From Cenococcum geophilum (Eukaryota), in the NCBI GenBank assembly GCA_050273025.1, contig CP158635.1, positions 25,296,001 through 25,360,000 of the forward strand: a stretch of 64,000 nt of DNA. Reading direction: 5' to 3'. Positions 1-11,322 of the stretch are shown piece by piece. The notes under the pieces are model-generated. The model was not told where the DNA came from, searched no databases, and worked only from the letters and a program-made list of their open reading frames with translations. The stretch's first letter is position 1. Every line of letters starts with the position of its first letter. A program made the translations under genes and the position numbers.

Positions 1-660
1 TACGTAATACTGTTATACCCCTTACACACTAACTAAGAAGTAATACTTTTAGTAGCTGGCATAGAGAACTATAATATACTGCTCTTAATATAAAAAGGTC
101 TTAAGGCGGTTACCTAGTAGCTGTTACGGGACTTAGTCAATCGAGGCACAAGCGCTGTAAAGAACGTATGCAAGCCTATACAATTGGATTGTCTATTGAC
201 GAGGATATTAAGCTAAGGAGCAGAAGGTAGTAGAAAGGACGTCTATATATGTGTGCTAAGTCTTAAGCAAGCCCCTAACCAGATCCGTTACGGTGCCGTA
301 ACAGTAGCTTATTAGCTAAAATGTGCTAAACTAGTTCTAGGTTATAAAGGAAATAGTAATAGAAGGCAAAGGGGTAAGTAATAGGCTCCCAATAATAACT
401 CTATAGTAGTAGAGTAAAGTTTAAGATACTAGCGCGTCCGTAGGCTTATTACCGCAGCAGTAGTTTCTAAGAAGGTTAAAAAGTAAGGTAGTAGAGCACC
501 ACCGGTAACTTATAGGCGCTAAGTAAGCAAGTCCTAAAAGGCGGGGAGATGGATTATAGGGTTTTCTTAAACTAAGTTTTCTCCCTATATATATATAAGG
601 AGTAGTCCGCGTAGGCCTAATAGGGATCCGAATTGGACGTTAAGTAATAAATAATAATAA
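1..660 (+). mobile_element. 3' part of a non-LTR retroelement (LINE/SINE-like), RIP-mutated, interrupted by a solo LTR
   Basis: Ends in ggagtagtccgcgtaggcc...ggacgttaagtaat plus an (aat)n tail; the same 3' terminus occurs at 3892-3986 and, reversed, at 60900-61000. Confidence 0.6.
122..303. mobile_element. Solo LTR, related to the LTRs at 30465 and 36195
   Basis: TGTTACGG...CCGTAACA termini; 5-bp TSD GTAGC at 117-121 and 304-308. Confidence 0.9.
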
Positions 661-886
661 ATATCTTACTAATAATAAGGATATTACCTAGGATCCTATC
701 TAATAATATATCCACTACTAGGGGTATACTATCAATCTCGCCGTTTAGGCCTTCCTCTTTAAAGATACTCTTAAACTTAAGGCTATTAAGTTATATAAAA
801 GAAATAATATAAGTAGAAATAGGCCTTCTAAGTAATATGCCTACTTAGTAAGCCTTATAATATTATAGTATACTTCTATACCTTAG

Positions 887-1314
887 TGTTACGGACGCTT
901 TAAGTACGATGTTATAACTACTAGGAGAGGAGTTAGAAGTAGCTAGTTAGTTAATAGAAGCACGGTCCAGGATAGAACCGGTTAAGCTATATAACGAGGA
1001 ATAGTAGCTAAGGTCACATAATATAATCTATATAATCTATATAATCCGTAAGATCTATAATAGAGCAGATAGAGCACGCGTACCTCACGTATAAGAAGGA
1101 TTTCTTAGGAGTACGGTTGTGTATTTAAAGGACCTCAGTCCCTACCTTAGATAGTTCCTTCCTTATAGTGAATTTTAGAATATAATTAGAGTTAATCTAT
1201 TAAGCACCTTACTCTACTAGGACTTGTTAACTACTTATTTATCTATATACCCAGCTTAAACGCGGCTCTTACTATAGTATTCCTACTAGGTTCTATAATA
1301 TATTCACTACTAAG
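887..1314 (+). mobile_element. Gypsy 5' LTR (887-1300) plus a 14-nt internal stub, same family as the adjacent element
   Basis: Reverse complement of the LTR at 1315-1730; followed by tattcactactaag, which matches the start of the internal region next to the 5' LTR at 9077. Confidence 0.8.
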
Positions 1315-3891
1315 TGTTACGGAACCTTATAGGAAGTACTACAGGGAGTACTACGTTTAAGCTAGGTATATAGATAAACAAACAATCAATATAAGTCTTA
1401 GTAGAGTAAGGTGCTTAATAGATTAACTCTAATTATATTCTAAGATTTACTATAAGGAAGGAACTATCTAAGGTAGGGACCGAGGTCCTTTAAATACATA
1501 ACCGTACCCCTAAGAAATCCTTCTTATACGTAAGGTACGTATAGTATATAAGGTACATACATTCCTTCCGTTCCCTATATTCTATATATAGCACATTATA
1601 TAACCTTGGTTACTATTCCTCATTATATAGTTTAACTGGTTCCATTCTAGACCGTACTTTTATTAACTAACTAGCTGCTTCCAACTCCTCTCCTAGTAGT
1701 TATAACATCGTACTTAAAGTATTCGTAACACTATCTCCCTCCTCTTTATCTTCGTCCTTAAAGATCCCTAATATCTCCAAGTTATCTACTAGAGGTATAA
1801 TATCCGCTTAATTAATTTAGTTAATATTATTACTTATTATACCTAAAGTATCTCCTTCTTTATACGCGTAATATTATACCCGTACTATTACTGCCATATT
1901 ATTGCTTAGTAAAATTATACTATCTTCATATTCTTATTATACGAAAGAGGGGTTAGTTTATATTACGTTAGCGAGTCCTTTATCTTAACAGCCCTCTTTA
2001 TATTTAGAGTGCACTAAAGTAAACGTTTAATCGTCCTACAATATTTGTTCTTCTTCTAACACTAAGTATACGCGCCCTATTACTCTTAATAGTCTTTAAG
2101 TACCCTTATTAATTGCTACTAGGGTCCTAGGTTTAATCTACTACTATAAAGCTTAATAGTAAGCTTATAAGCGCTCTTACTAAGTTAGAATATTCTTAGG
2201 ATATAGAATAGAAGGCCCTAGAGGCTCGCATTGCAGCGTCTACCTAACTACTCTATCTAGAGAAGGTTTATAAGAAGGTTTGTTTTAAGGAGTAGAAACT
2301 TATAGAATAAGGTTTATAGGAACTTAGCAATAAAAGAATAGATTCTCTTCTAACAGAGAAGGAAATAACTCTAAGTAGTTTAGTAATCGTTCCTCCTAAG
2401 TCCCCCTTAGGTAGCTTATTCTTTAGCGATCCTTCTTTATTAATACTCCCTAACCTATTTTCTTCTAATACTCCTATACCTTTCTTATAGCGTTTCTTAG
2501 GGTTTTAAGTAGCTCCTAGGTAGTCTTATTATAGCCTATCCACTAAACTTTATACTATATTTCTTTATTAATATCCTTATAGCTAATAATCTTCAAACCC
2601 TACCATTTATCTTCCTCTTATCCTCTATACGTATCTTCCTCGTAAACTAGTAGCTCTATATTCCTATATACTAGCTCTAGTATCGCAATATACTATATAG
2701 GGTAAATTTTTATCTTTGCTAGTAAGTTAAGTCTATATATAACTTCCGAAATCTTTACTACGATTTTAAATAGTCCTAGTCTAACGTAGTCTAACTTCTT
2801 ACTTAGTCATCAACTCTTAAATTTTTATATAGTAGCTATACTTTATCTCCCTCCTTAAGATCTAGTCCTCTAGATCTTTTAGCATTATAGTATCTTTTTA
2901 TTCGTTCTTATACTACCTTTACTATTTTAGTAAGGTTTATATAAAGATTTATTAAAGTCTCTATTCTTTACTTAGCTATACTACTTATTTTCTTTACTTA
3001 TTATAGTAATAACAATATTCTAGGCTTATATCCATAATTTGCCTAAAATAGTAACATCTATATACCTTCCTATGGTGTCGTATTATATATAAACTATATA
3101 ACTAGTAATAGCGATACCTAATTATTCTATGCATAATTAATATAATACCTTAGATACTATTCTAGTGTCTAGTTTAATCTTTCTATTTAACCGTCTATCT
3201 ATAGGTAATATATAGTTAATATTACTACTTAAACCCCTTATTCTACTAAGAATACTTCCTAGAATACTACTATAAATCTTAGATCTCTATCCAATATAAT
3301 TTTACTTAGTGCTCCATATCTTATAAATACTTCCTTAATATAGATTCTAGCAATATCTTCTACTAAGATTTCTTCTATACATGCTATAAAGTATGCCCAC
3401 TTTATTAACTTATCTACTATTACTAAGATCGCGTTATAATCTTATCTAGTAATAGGATCTCTTAACTTTAGCAACTTTATAATAAAGTCCTATAATATAA
3501 CCTCCTATAGTCTTTCTAGTATTTTAATAGGTTATAGCCCTCTATATAGCTTATACCTTATTAGTTTATTCCTTTAGTAATCTAGATATTCCTTTATAAC
3601 TTTTCGTACTATACCCTAAATTCTATTAATAATATATTCCTCTTAGAGTCTTAATACTAAGCTTATAGCTCTATTATACCCCTAAGTTATTCCCTTATAA
3701 AAATCTTCCATAAAATGCTCTGCTATGCTGCTTAGGATATACTTTGCGTCTTAGTACTTATATATTTCCACCTCTAGATTCTCTAGTTACTCCTCTAGTT
3801 ATACTTCTAAGATCCTTTATACCTAAAAGCTCTCTAGTATCTTATAGACTTTTTCTAATTCTTCTTAAGTTACTACTAATTTTAGATAATT

Positions 3892-3986
3892 TTCTCAAAT
3901 AGAGTTTTCTCCCCATATGTACATAAGGAGTAGTCCGCGTGGGCCCAATAGGGATCCGAATCGGACGTTAAGCAATGAATTATTAT
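3892..3986 (+). mobile_element. Severely 5'-truncated non-LTR insertion (3' terminus only)
   Basis: ~15-bp TSD TAATTTTAGATAATT (3877-3891, 3987-4001); gtccg...cggac stem and (att)n tail. Confidence 0.85.
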
Positions 3987-6900
3987 TAATTTTAGATAAT
4001 TATATTTAATTAATCCGTCTTTATCTTTACACAACAAAGCTCCTAATAGCTTTTTATCGTTTTATAGTTTAGCTTTTCTACTTAGAGCGTCTACTTGTGC
4101 ATTCTCTATACCCTTAGTATATTAAATCTTAAAATAGTATTCTATAAGTATCTCTGCCTATCTAACCTATCTTTAGTTAAGTTCCTTTATTATTAGGAAT
4201 CCCGTAAGGTTTTTATAGTCTATCTTAACTATAAATAGTTTCTCTATACCTTATAAGAATACTCTCTATTCCTTTAGTACTATAACTATACCTAATAACT
4301 CCTTATTATAAATATTATAGTTTAATTCCGGTAGTATTATCTTTCTACTATAGTATATTACTAGGTGCTATACGTCCTAATACTTCTATAGCAAGTATAC
4401 TCCTAGTATAAAGTCTAATATATCCGTCTTAACAATTATATCTAACCTTAGTTAATAGATTTTAAGGATTAGGTCCTAGGTAAATAACTCTTTAAGTTCC
4501 TTAAACAACTTCTTATATTTATCTCCCTATCTCTATAGTTCCTCCTTCTTTATAAGCCTTATAAACGGCTTAATATTCTTTAACTATTATATAATAAACC
4601 TTCTATAGTAATTATAAAACCCTAAAAACAATCTCAACTATATAACATTCTCTGGTTCTTGCCAATCTACTATAGCTTTAACTTTCTTTAGGTCTATACT
4701 AATACGTCCTAGTTTAATAATAAATCTAATAAAATCTATCTTCCTTATAAAGAACTTGCATTTCTTAATTACTACTAGTATCTATTCCTCTTATAGTCTC
4801 TTTAAGACCCATTTAACGTGTTCTCTATATTCTTCCTTACTTATTAAGTAGATAATAATAATATTAAGGTATACTATAATAAATTCATCTAGGTATTCTT
4901 CTAATATATTATTAATTCGCTTCTAGAATATTACTAGTGCGTTTATAAGTCCGAATTATATAACTAATAGTTTATATAGTCCTTCCTTTAACCTAAAGGC
5001 TGCCTTCTATTTATCGCCTTCCTTAATTCTAATCTAATAGTACGCCTATCTTAGATCTATCTTTATAAAGATCTTTACATTACCTATCCTATCTTAGATT
5101 TCGCTAATTAAGGGTAAAGGATACCTATCCTTTCTTATAATACTATTTAACTGTCTATAGTTAATATATAGTCTAAGTTTACTATTCTTCTTTGGTATAA
5201 ATAGTACTAGGTAACCCGCTAATAATTGCAATAGTCTAATATATCCCTTTTATAAGTTTTCTTAGATAAACTCCTTAAGCGCCTAAGACTCTTTCTTAGT
5301 TAGTTTATAAGTTAGGTAGAACCTTAGACTAGTTCCTAGTTCTAACTCTATTTTATAGTCCTATACTATATACTCTAACAGCTTCTTACTCTCTAGGCTT
5401 TATAGTTTTTTACCGTACTTATAGTATCTCTTTAGTACGTAACCTAAGCCTTACTTAGTCTCCTTATATATCGCTCTAACTTAGTTTACTATTATATCTT
5501 ACGTTATTAAGTATCCTTAATATTAACCTAACCTATAACCCAATTAATTTTTGGATTATATTCCTATAACTAAGGCATACCTAATACTGCCTTATCCTTT
5601 CCTAATAGTAAGATATTAAAAGATATTATAACTTATCTTCCTTTAATAGTTATCTAAATAGGTTCTATCTTAAGATTAATAATACCTCCTCTATAGGCTA
5701 TTGGATCTTCTAAAATTATTACTAATAGGTATAGCCACTCCTTCTATCTCTAAGGTAGCCCTATCTACTTAACTATTACTAGTAAGATATAGTTCCTTAT
5801 TACTCTACTATCTACTTGCGCTTTAAATTACTAATCTTACCAATTAACTTATAAATTTAGGTGCCGTCCTTAAATTCCTTTAAGGGTCTAAGGCTCTACT
5901 ACTAGTTCCCTCTAGTCCTATAGGCCTCTCCTTTTCCTAACTATTAGCTACTTAATCCTAATATATCTAGCTTCTTTATTAGCTAATATCTAGTTTATTT
6001 CTTATCTTTAATATACTATAGACATATATTTTCTAGGCATTCCCACTACTATTATCCGTCTAAGCATTCTTCTATTAGGTATCTTCCTAGTTAAAGCGTT
6101 AGATTATTTATTTCTTAAATATCTACTAGATACCAGCTATATATATATTTAGCATTCCTATATTTCTTTTTATTAGGTGCCTACTATATCCTAGTTAGGT
6201 ATTTCTAGTTTTTCGCCTTTAGCGCTTTATATATATTATATTAGTTATCTATATATATAATCTATGCCAATATATAATACGCTAGGTACTTTAGGTTAAC
6301 TCTAGATTCGTCTTTATCCTTAAGTTTAAACCTCCCTCTAGGTAATCTAAACGTAAGTTTCTTATTCGCTAGTACTAAGATTTATCTATTATCTCTCCAG
6401 TCTTCTAATCTATCCTCTAGATTTTTTAACATTATAATTAATACTCCTTTAATATAACTTATACGTTTTTCTATAATAGCTTAGTCCTAAATAACTTATT
6501 TATCTAACTATATATAGAAGTCTTCCTACTTATCACTATATCTCTATCTATACTATTTTTTATATAAATAATTAAGTATATATAGCCTATCCGTAAGGAA
6601 GTATCTTATTATTACTGCGTTATAATAACCCTTAGTATATCTTTCTTTAAACCTAGTTAGAATCCCTAGATCCTCTTCTTCTTCTAGTTTAGTTAACCAT
6701 TTTACTTTAGGCGTCCCTACCCTAGGCCTATTAATAACTCTTTATATTAGTACCCTATATCTTAGGTAACCTAGCATTTCTAACCTTATCTTATACCTTT
6801 ACTATATAAAGATTTATTATCTAAATTATACTTTCTTTTAGCTTTCTACCTTTAGTTAGATCCTTAAAGTCCTCTTACTTTTTAATTGCCATATTAACTT

Positions 6901-7779
6901 TTTAATCCTTAGGTCAGATATCTTATCCTCCTTATATACTAGTTACTATTTATTCTCTAAATCTTAGACTACCATCTAGGAACTTTCTTCCGGTGCTTAT
7001 TTATATATCACTAAACTAAGCTATTGCTCTCTCCTATTGGTTTTCGTCCGTTATAAGTTTTTAAGCCTTCCTTATCTTATCTTAAGAGTCTTAGGTATAT
7101 CTTATCTTACTTTAAGAGTCTTAAGCTTCTCTTATCTTATCTTAAGAATCTTAAGCCTATAGCCTTTTACCTTTATTAAGTAGTAAGGTAGCGATATTAA
7201 ATAATTATCTACTTAGTTTACTCTAAAACTTTCCTCTTCTCCTATCTTATGAAGTAATAGATACCGTGTCTAATAGAGTCTTAATCCCTATTACTAATTC
7301 AGTCTCTATTACTAATTTAACCTCTACCTCTATTATTACGTCCTTAAGGTCTATATACTCCTAGTAAGCCGCCTTTATTACCTTATTATTGCTACTAATA
7401 ATCTAATTATCTTAATCCTTAAATCTTACCGCTTATTAGAACTAGTACGCGAGAACTTTCTCCACTAACTACTAGCTTACTATACCGTCTTTGTCCTAAT
7501 CTAGTTTATAGAGTCTATTAAGTTCTTTATCTAACTCTTATATACCCTAAAGTCCATTTAACTTAAGCTCTTATAGTTAATAGCTTACGCTATACTTAGC
7601 GTCTTTATAAATTTAGCATATATTATTATAATAAAACGCAAAACTATTAATTAAACACTCTTTAGTTCCTTATAGTATATTATTATCCCTTTATACGTAT
7701 ATATCGTCTACTAGTCTAGTTCCCTTTACTACGTAGTTACTCTAACCACCTCTATAATCTCTAGCGAAATAACCTTATT

Positions 7780-8025
7780 TGTAAGCTTTGCAGTGCGAAG
7801 AATTAAATGAACGACTTGATTGTGAATGTAGCTCTAAAGTCTCTATATATACACGAAGAAGGTGGAGGTAATAAGACATGATGGGATAATAGGTAACTGA
7901 AATGGGAACAGTGATCTGCAAGCAATATTGATCTGCAATCAATATATAGGGTGGCGTTGACGCTGTCTTGGAGCCTTCCAAGACGGTAATCTCGTGTCTC
8001 AGCATAGTGTCGGTAGTCGGTTACA
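7780..8025. mobile_element. Solo LTR, essentially un-RIPed
   Basis: TGTAAGC...GGTTACA termini; TSD TTATT (7775-7779, 8026-8030); CpA/TpG retained. Confidence 0.9.
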
Positions 8026-9232
8026 TTATTTCCTATAATTTATATAAGCTCTATCTTTAAGCCACTATTCCTATTATAGAGTCCGCCTAAATATCTTCTA
8101 CTACTAAGATCCCTAGTTTAGCCTTTACTCCCTAGGTTTCTAATTATTAAAACCTCTTAAGCGCTATATTACTTCGCTAGGTTTTCCAAATCTTTTATTT
8201 TAACCTTAGCCCTCCTTAGTACCGCTTAGGTCTATTAGCTCTACACTATACTATAGTTTAGATACCTATTATATCTTTCTTATATATACCAGTCCCTACT
8301 ATATTCTTCTTAACTTCTCACTTTAGTATAGCTAGTTATCCACCTTAATAGCTTATTTAATTAACTCCCTTATATCGCTTAGGTCATCCATTAGTATTAT
8401 AGTACTTTAAACTTTAGTCTTTAATCCGCGTTAGTATTAAGCTATTAACGCCCCTTAGTTCCACTTAGTCTACGCTACTAGTATTTAGAACTGCGTTATA
8501 TAGTCTATTACTAATCCCCTTTATATAAGTTAGTAAAGCTTCCCCTCTACAGTAGCTATTAACTCTAGATCTCTATATATCTATATTAGTCTACTAGCAA
8601 ATCCTTCCTAGCTTAAGAACATATACTATACCTCTAAATTAGTAGTAGTTAACCTATTTACTTATATCTCTATAAGATAGGGTTTAAACTACTCTAGTGC
8701 CTAACCTATTAAGAACAATCCTATATACGCCACTTAGTCTAATATATTAGCTAACTTAGTTCCCTTATAACGCACCTTTAACTTAATCTACGTTAGGAAT
8801 CCTTTTAGCTTATACTTCTCTCCTAAAAACCTCTTAATTAATAGTATCTTAATCTTTTCTTTTCTTATATCTAGTAGTTACTACTATAGTACCTACTAAT
8901 TGGCATTATTCTACTTAATAATACTCCTAAGCTAATTTATTATAATAATATCTAAATTACTTAGCATGCTAGTGTCTCCATCGCCTAAGGTTATTGCTAC
9001 CGTAGATAGCGTTGTAATTAGTGCTTTAGGTGGCATCTTATTAACTTACTATTTACTATAACCTTAGTAGTAAATATATTACGGAACCTTATAGGAAGTA
9101 CTACGGGGAGTACCGCGTTTAAGCTGGGTATATAGATAAATTAATAATTAATACAAGTCTTAGTGGAGTAAGGTGCTTAATAGATTAACTCTAATTATAT
9201 TTTAAGATTTACTATAAGGAAGGAACTATCTA

Positions 9233-10329
9233 GTGAGATTGAGATTAGGGTTTTAATGGTACTGGTGCTAGCGAAGTTGTTCTTAAGGAGGTAGTTAATT
9301 CGTCCTAAGGTAAACTTTCCTCCAGTTACTATATGCTCCTTAATCTTAGGCTTAGTCTATTCTATAGGGTCTTCTTCTTATAAGGTGTTAAATAGTGATT
9401 TGGGGACTATAGTATTCCTATACTTCCTTATCCATACGCCATTAGTCCGTAGGAATGTTTGGAGCTTTTGGATACTAATTTGGTTGCAATCCTTAAAGAT
9501 TTATATTATGAAGTTTTAGAAATTTTCCTTATAGACCTCCTATAGTTTATCATCCTTAAGGTTATACGCTTCGTATTCTAGGATCTTAAACTTTACAAAT
9601 TTATTAATATCCTTTGTGGTGGTTTCGTCGGACTGTAAGTTAATGCCTTTAGGCCATTTCTCCTATCCTGCGTTAACTTGTGCCCTAATATCTAACATGT
9701 TAATTCTTGTCTCGTAATTCTTATTAAGTTCGATTTTGGGTTCTAAACGCGTAATAGACGCGAGCTAATTAAAATGCGTGATGGACGCGAACCAAGGGCC
9801 TATTAGATAGGGGTTGGTTCTTTGAGTACCTAAGGGCTATATATAAAGAATTAAGGGCCTATTAGATAGGGGTTAACTTTTTAAGTATACGTTAACTAAT
9901 GCTCCTTAACGTGATCTGGGTAGTATAAAATGCGTAATGGACGCGAACCGAGGGCCTATTAAAAGGGGTCGGTTCCTTAAACACCTAAGGGCCGTGTATG
10001 AAAAATTAAGGGCCTATTAGATAGGGGTTAACTTTTTAAATATACGTCGACTAATGCTCCTTAGCAAACGAGATCGGTAGAGGCCTTTAGTAGGGACTGA
10101 TCGAGCTCGTCTCTCTTTATAGGTGGTACGTCTCCTAATCTATGATCACTAATTAGTGTCCGTATTACTTCCGGTGATACGTATTGCTATTGCAATAGTT
10201 TTGGGTAGTAACTAATTTTGATTGATGCTTCTTAATTCCCCTATTCTACAGGTGGAATTTAGTGGATTTCGTGAGCTCGCTTAGCTTACGTAACTAACCC
10301 AATTAGTTATAGACAACCTCGTTCAGACA
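9233..10329 (-). mobile_element. 5' remnant of a Copia-type element (gag N-terminus 9698->9233, leader, probable LTR end at 10329)
   Basis: Minus-strand translation KDDKLxEVYKE...KLQTFLRTNGVWI resembles the gag at 16178->15700; the region ends in GTTCAGACA. Confidence 0.55.
9770..10066. repeat. Two ~140-bp direct repeats (period ~156 bp)
   Basis: aaaatgcgtRatggacgcgaacc...ctaatgctccttaRc at ~9770 and ~9926. Confidence 0.85.
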
Positions 10330-10394
10330 ATAAAAGAGGTCTATTACGCGTTATTAATTAGAATAAGGGAATTACGTGTTAATGGTGTCAAATT

Positions 10395-10910
10395 TAATAA
10401 TAATAAAGACGGTAGGTAGAGCTCTACGTGGAGCCTTGGCAGAGCTTTATACAGAGCTTCTTGCAGAGCTTCTAGCAGAGCTTCGTGTAGAGCCTTTAGT
10501 AGAGCTCTATGCGGAGCCTTAGCAGAGCTCCATACAGAGCTTTGAGGGAGCTTCATAGAGAGCCTTTAGCAGAGCTTCACGCAGAGCTTTTTGGCAGAGC
10601 CTTTAGTAGAGCCTCTAACTTAGTTTTAGCCCGTGCTATATTTAACTAAGAGTCTACTAATCTATAATAATTCTAGCTTAAAGCTAGGCCCCATAATTAA
10701 TTTCCCTAGCTACTAAATCTTTACTAGACCCTTTCCGTACGGGGCTCCGCACGGAGCTCTACACGAGCTCTGCACGGAGCTCTACTAAAGGCTCTGCCAG
10801 AAAGCTCTGCCAGAAAGCTCTACACGAAGCTCTGCCAGAGGCTTTCTACGAAGCTCCCTTAAAGCTCTGCACGGAGCTCTGCCAAGGCTCCGTATAGAGC
10901 TCTACTGAGG
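10395..10910. repeat. 12-bp (GCAGAGCT-core) minisatellite arranged as two inverted arms
   Basis: 10495-10615 is the reverse complement of ~10775-10908; same unit family as 20450-21810. Confidence 0.85.
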
Positions 10911-11193
10911 GTAAGGGCGAGGTTCTAGGCCTTTGTTTGGCTCGTTAGAAGGGGTTAAGAGGCATAGTATTGGAGGTGGTTAAGGTAATGGAGGTTGGAA
11001 GATAATTAAAAAACTCTACGGGGACAGGCGCAAGCAAATACAGCTAATAAAACGCGTTCTATAGACTACGCTAAACCTATTAATCTTAGCGTATTTAATT
11101 GCTGCATTCCCAAGCGATCTAATTAGATTAATACTGCACACCTTATTAAAACCGGACACCTTAACACCAAAAGTCTATCACGAACCACCCCTG
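10911..11193 (-). mobile_element. Probable single end of a DNA transposon (hAT-like terminus)
   Basis: rc terminus CAGGGGTGGTTCGTG at 11193; similar TAGGGTGGTT terminus at 63461; no partner end found. Confidence 0.4.
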
Positions 11194-11322
11194 AGATTTT
11201 ATATCAATCAATCGCAGGCGCTTGATGAGAATTCATGGTTGCGATTGATTACTTGATGACAATTCCTGGTTGCGATTGATTGCTTATTAATCAATCAATC
11301 GCAGGCGCGCTCGTCGAGCGGC

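Larger units (their letters stand above)
1315..9232 (-). mobile_element. Ty3/Gypsy chromovirus-type LTR retrotransposon, RIP-inactivated, 5' LTR truncated
   Basis: 3' LTR 1315-1730 with PPT (rc gaggagggagatag); partial 5' LTR 9077-9232; degenerate gag (LKGFLTxIKL...IGLFLIG, ~8700-8810), RT (xKAAFRLKEG, YLxxIIIY, ~4850-5010), integrase and chromodomain (~2500-2620). Confidence 0.9.
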
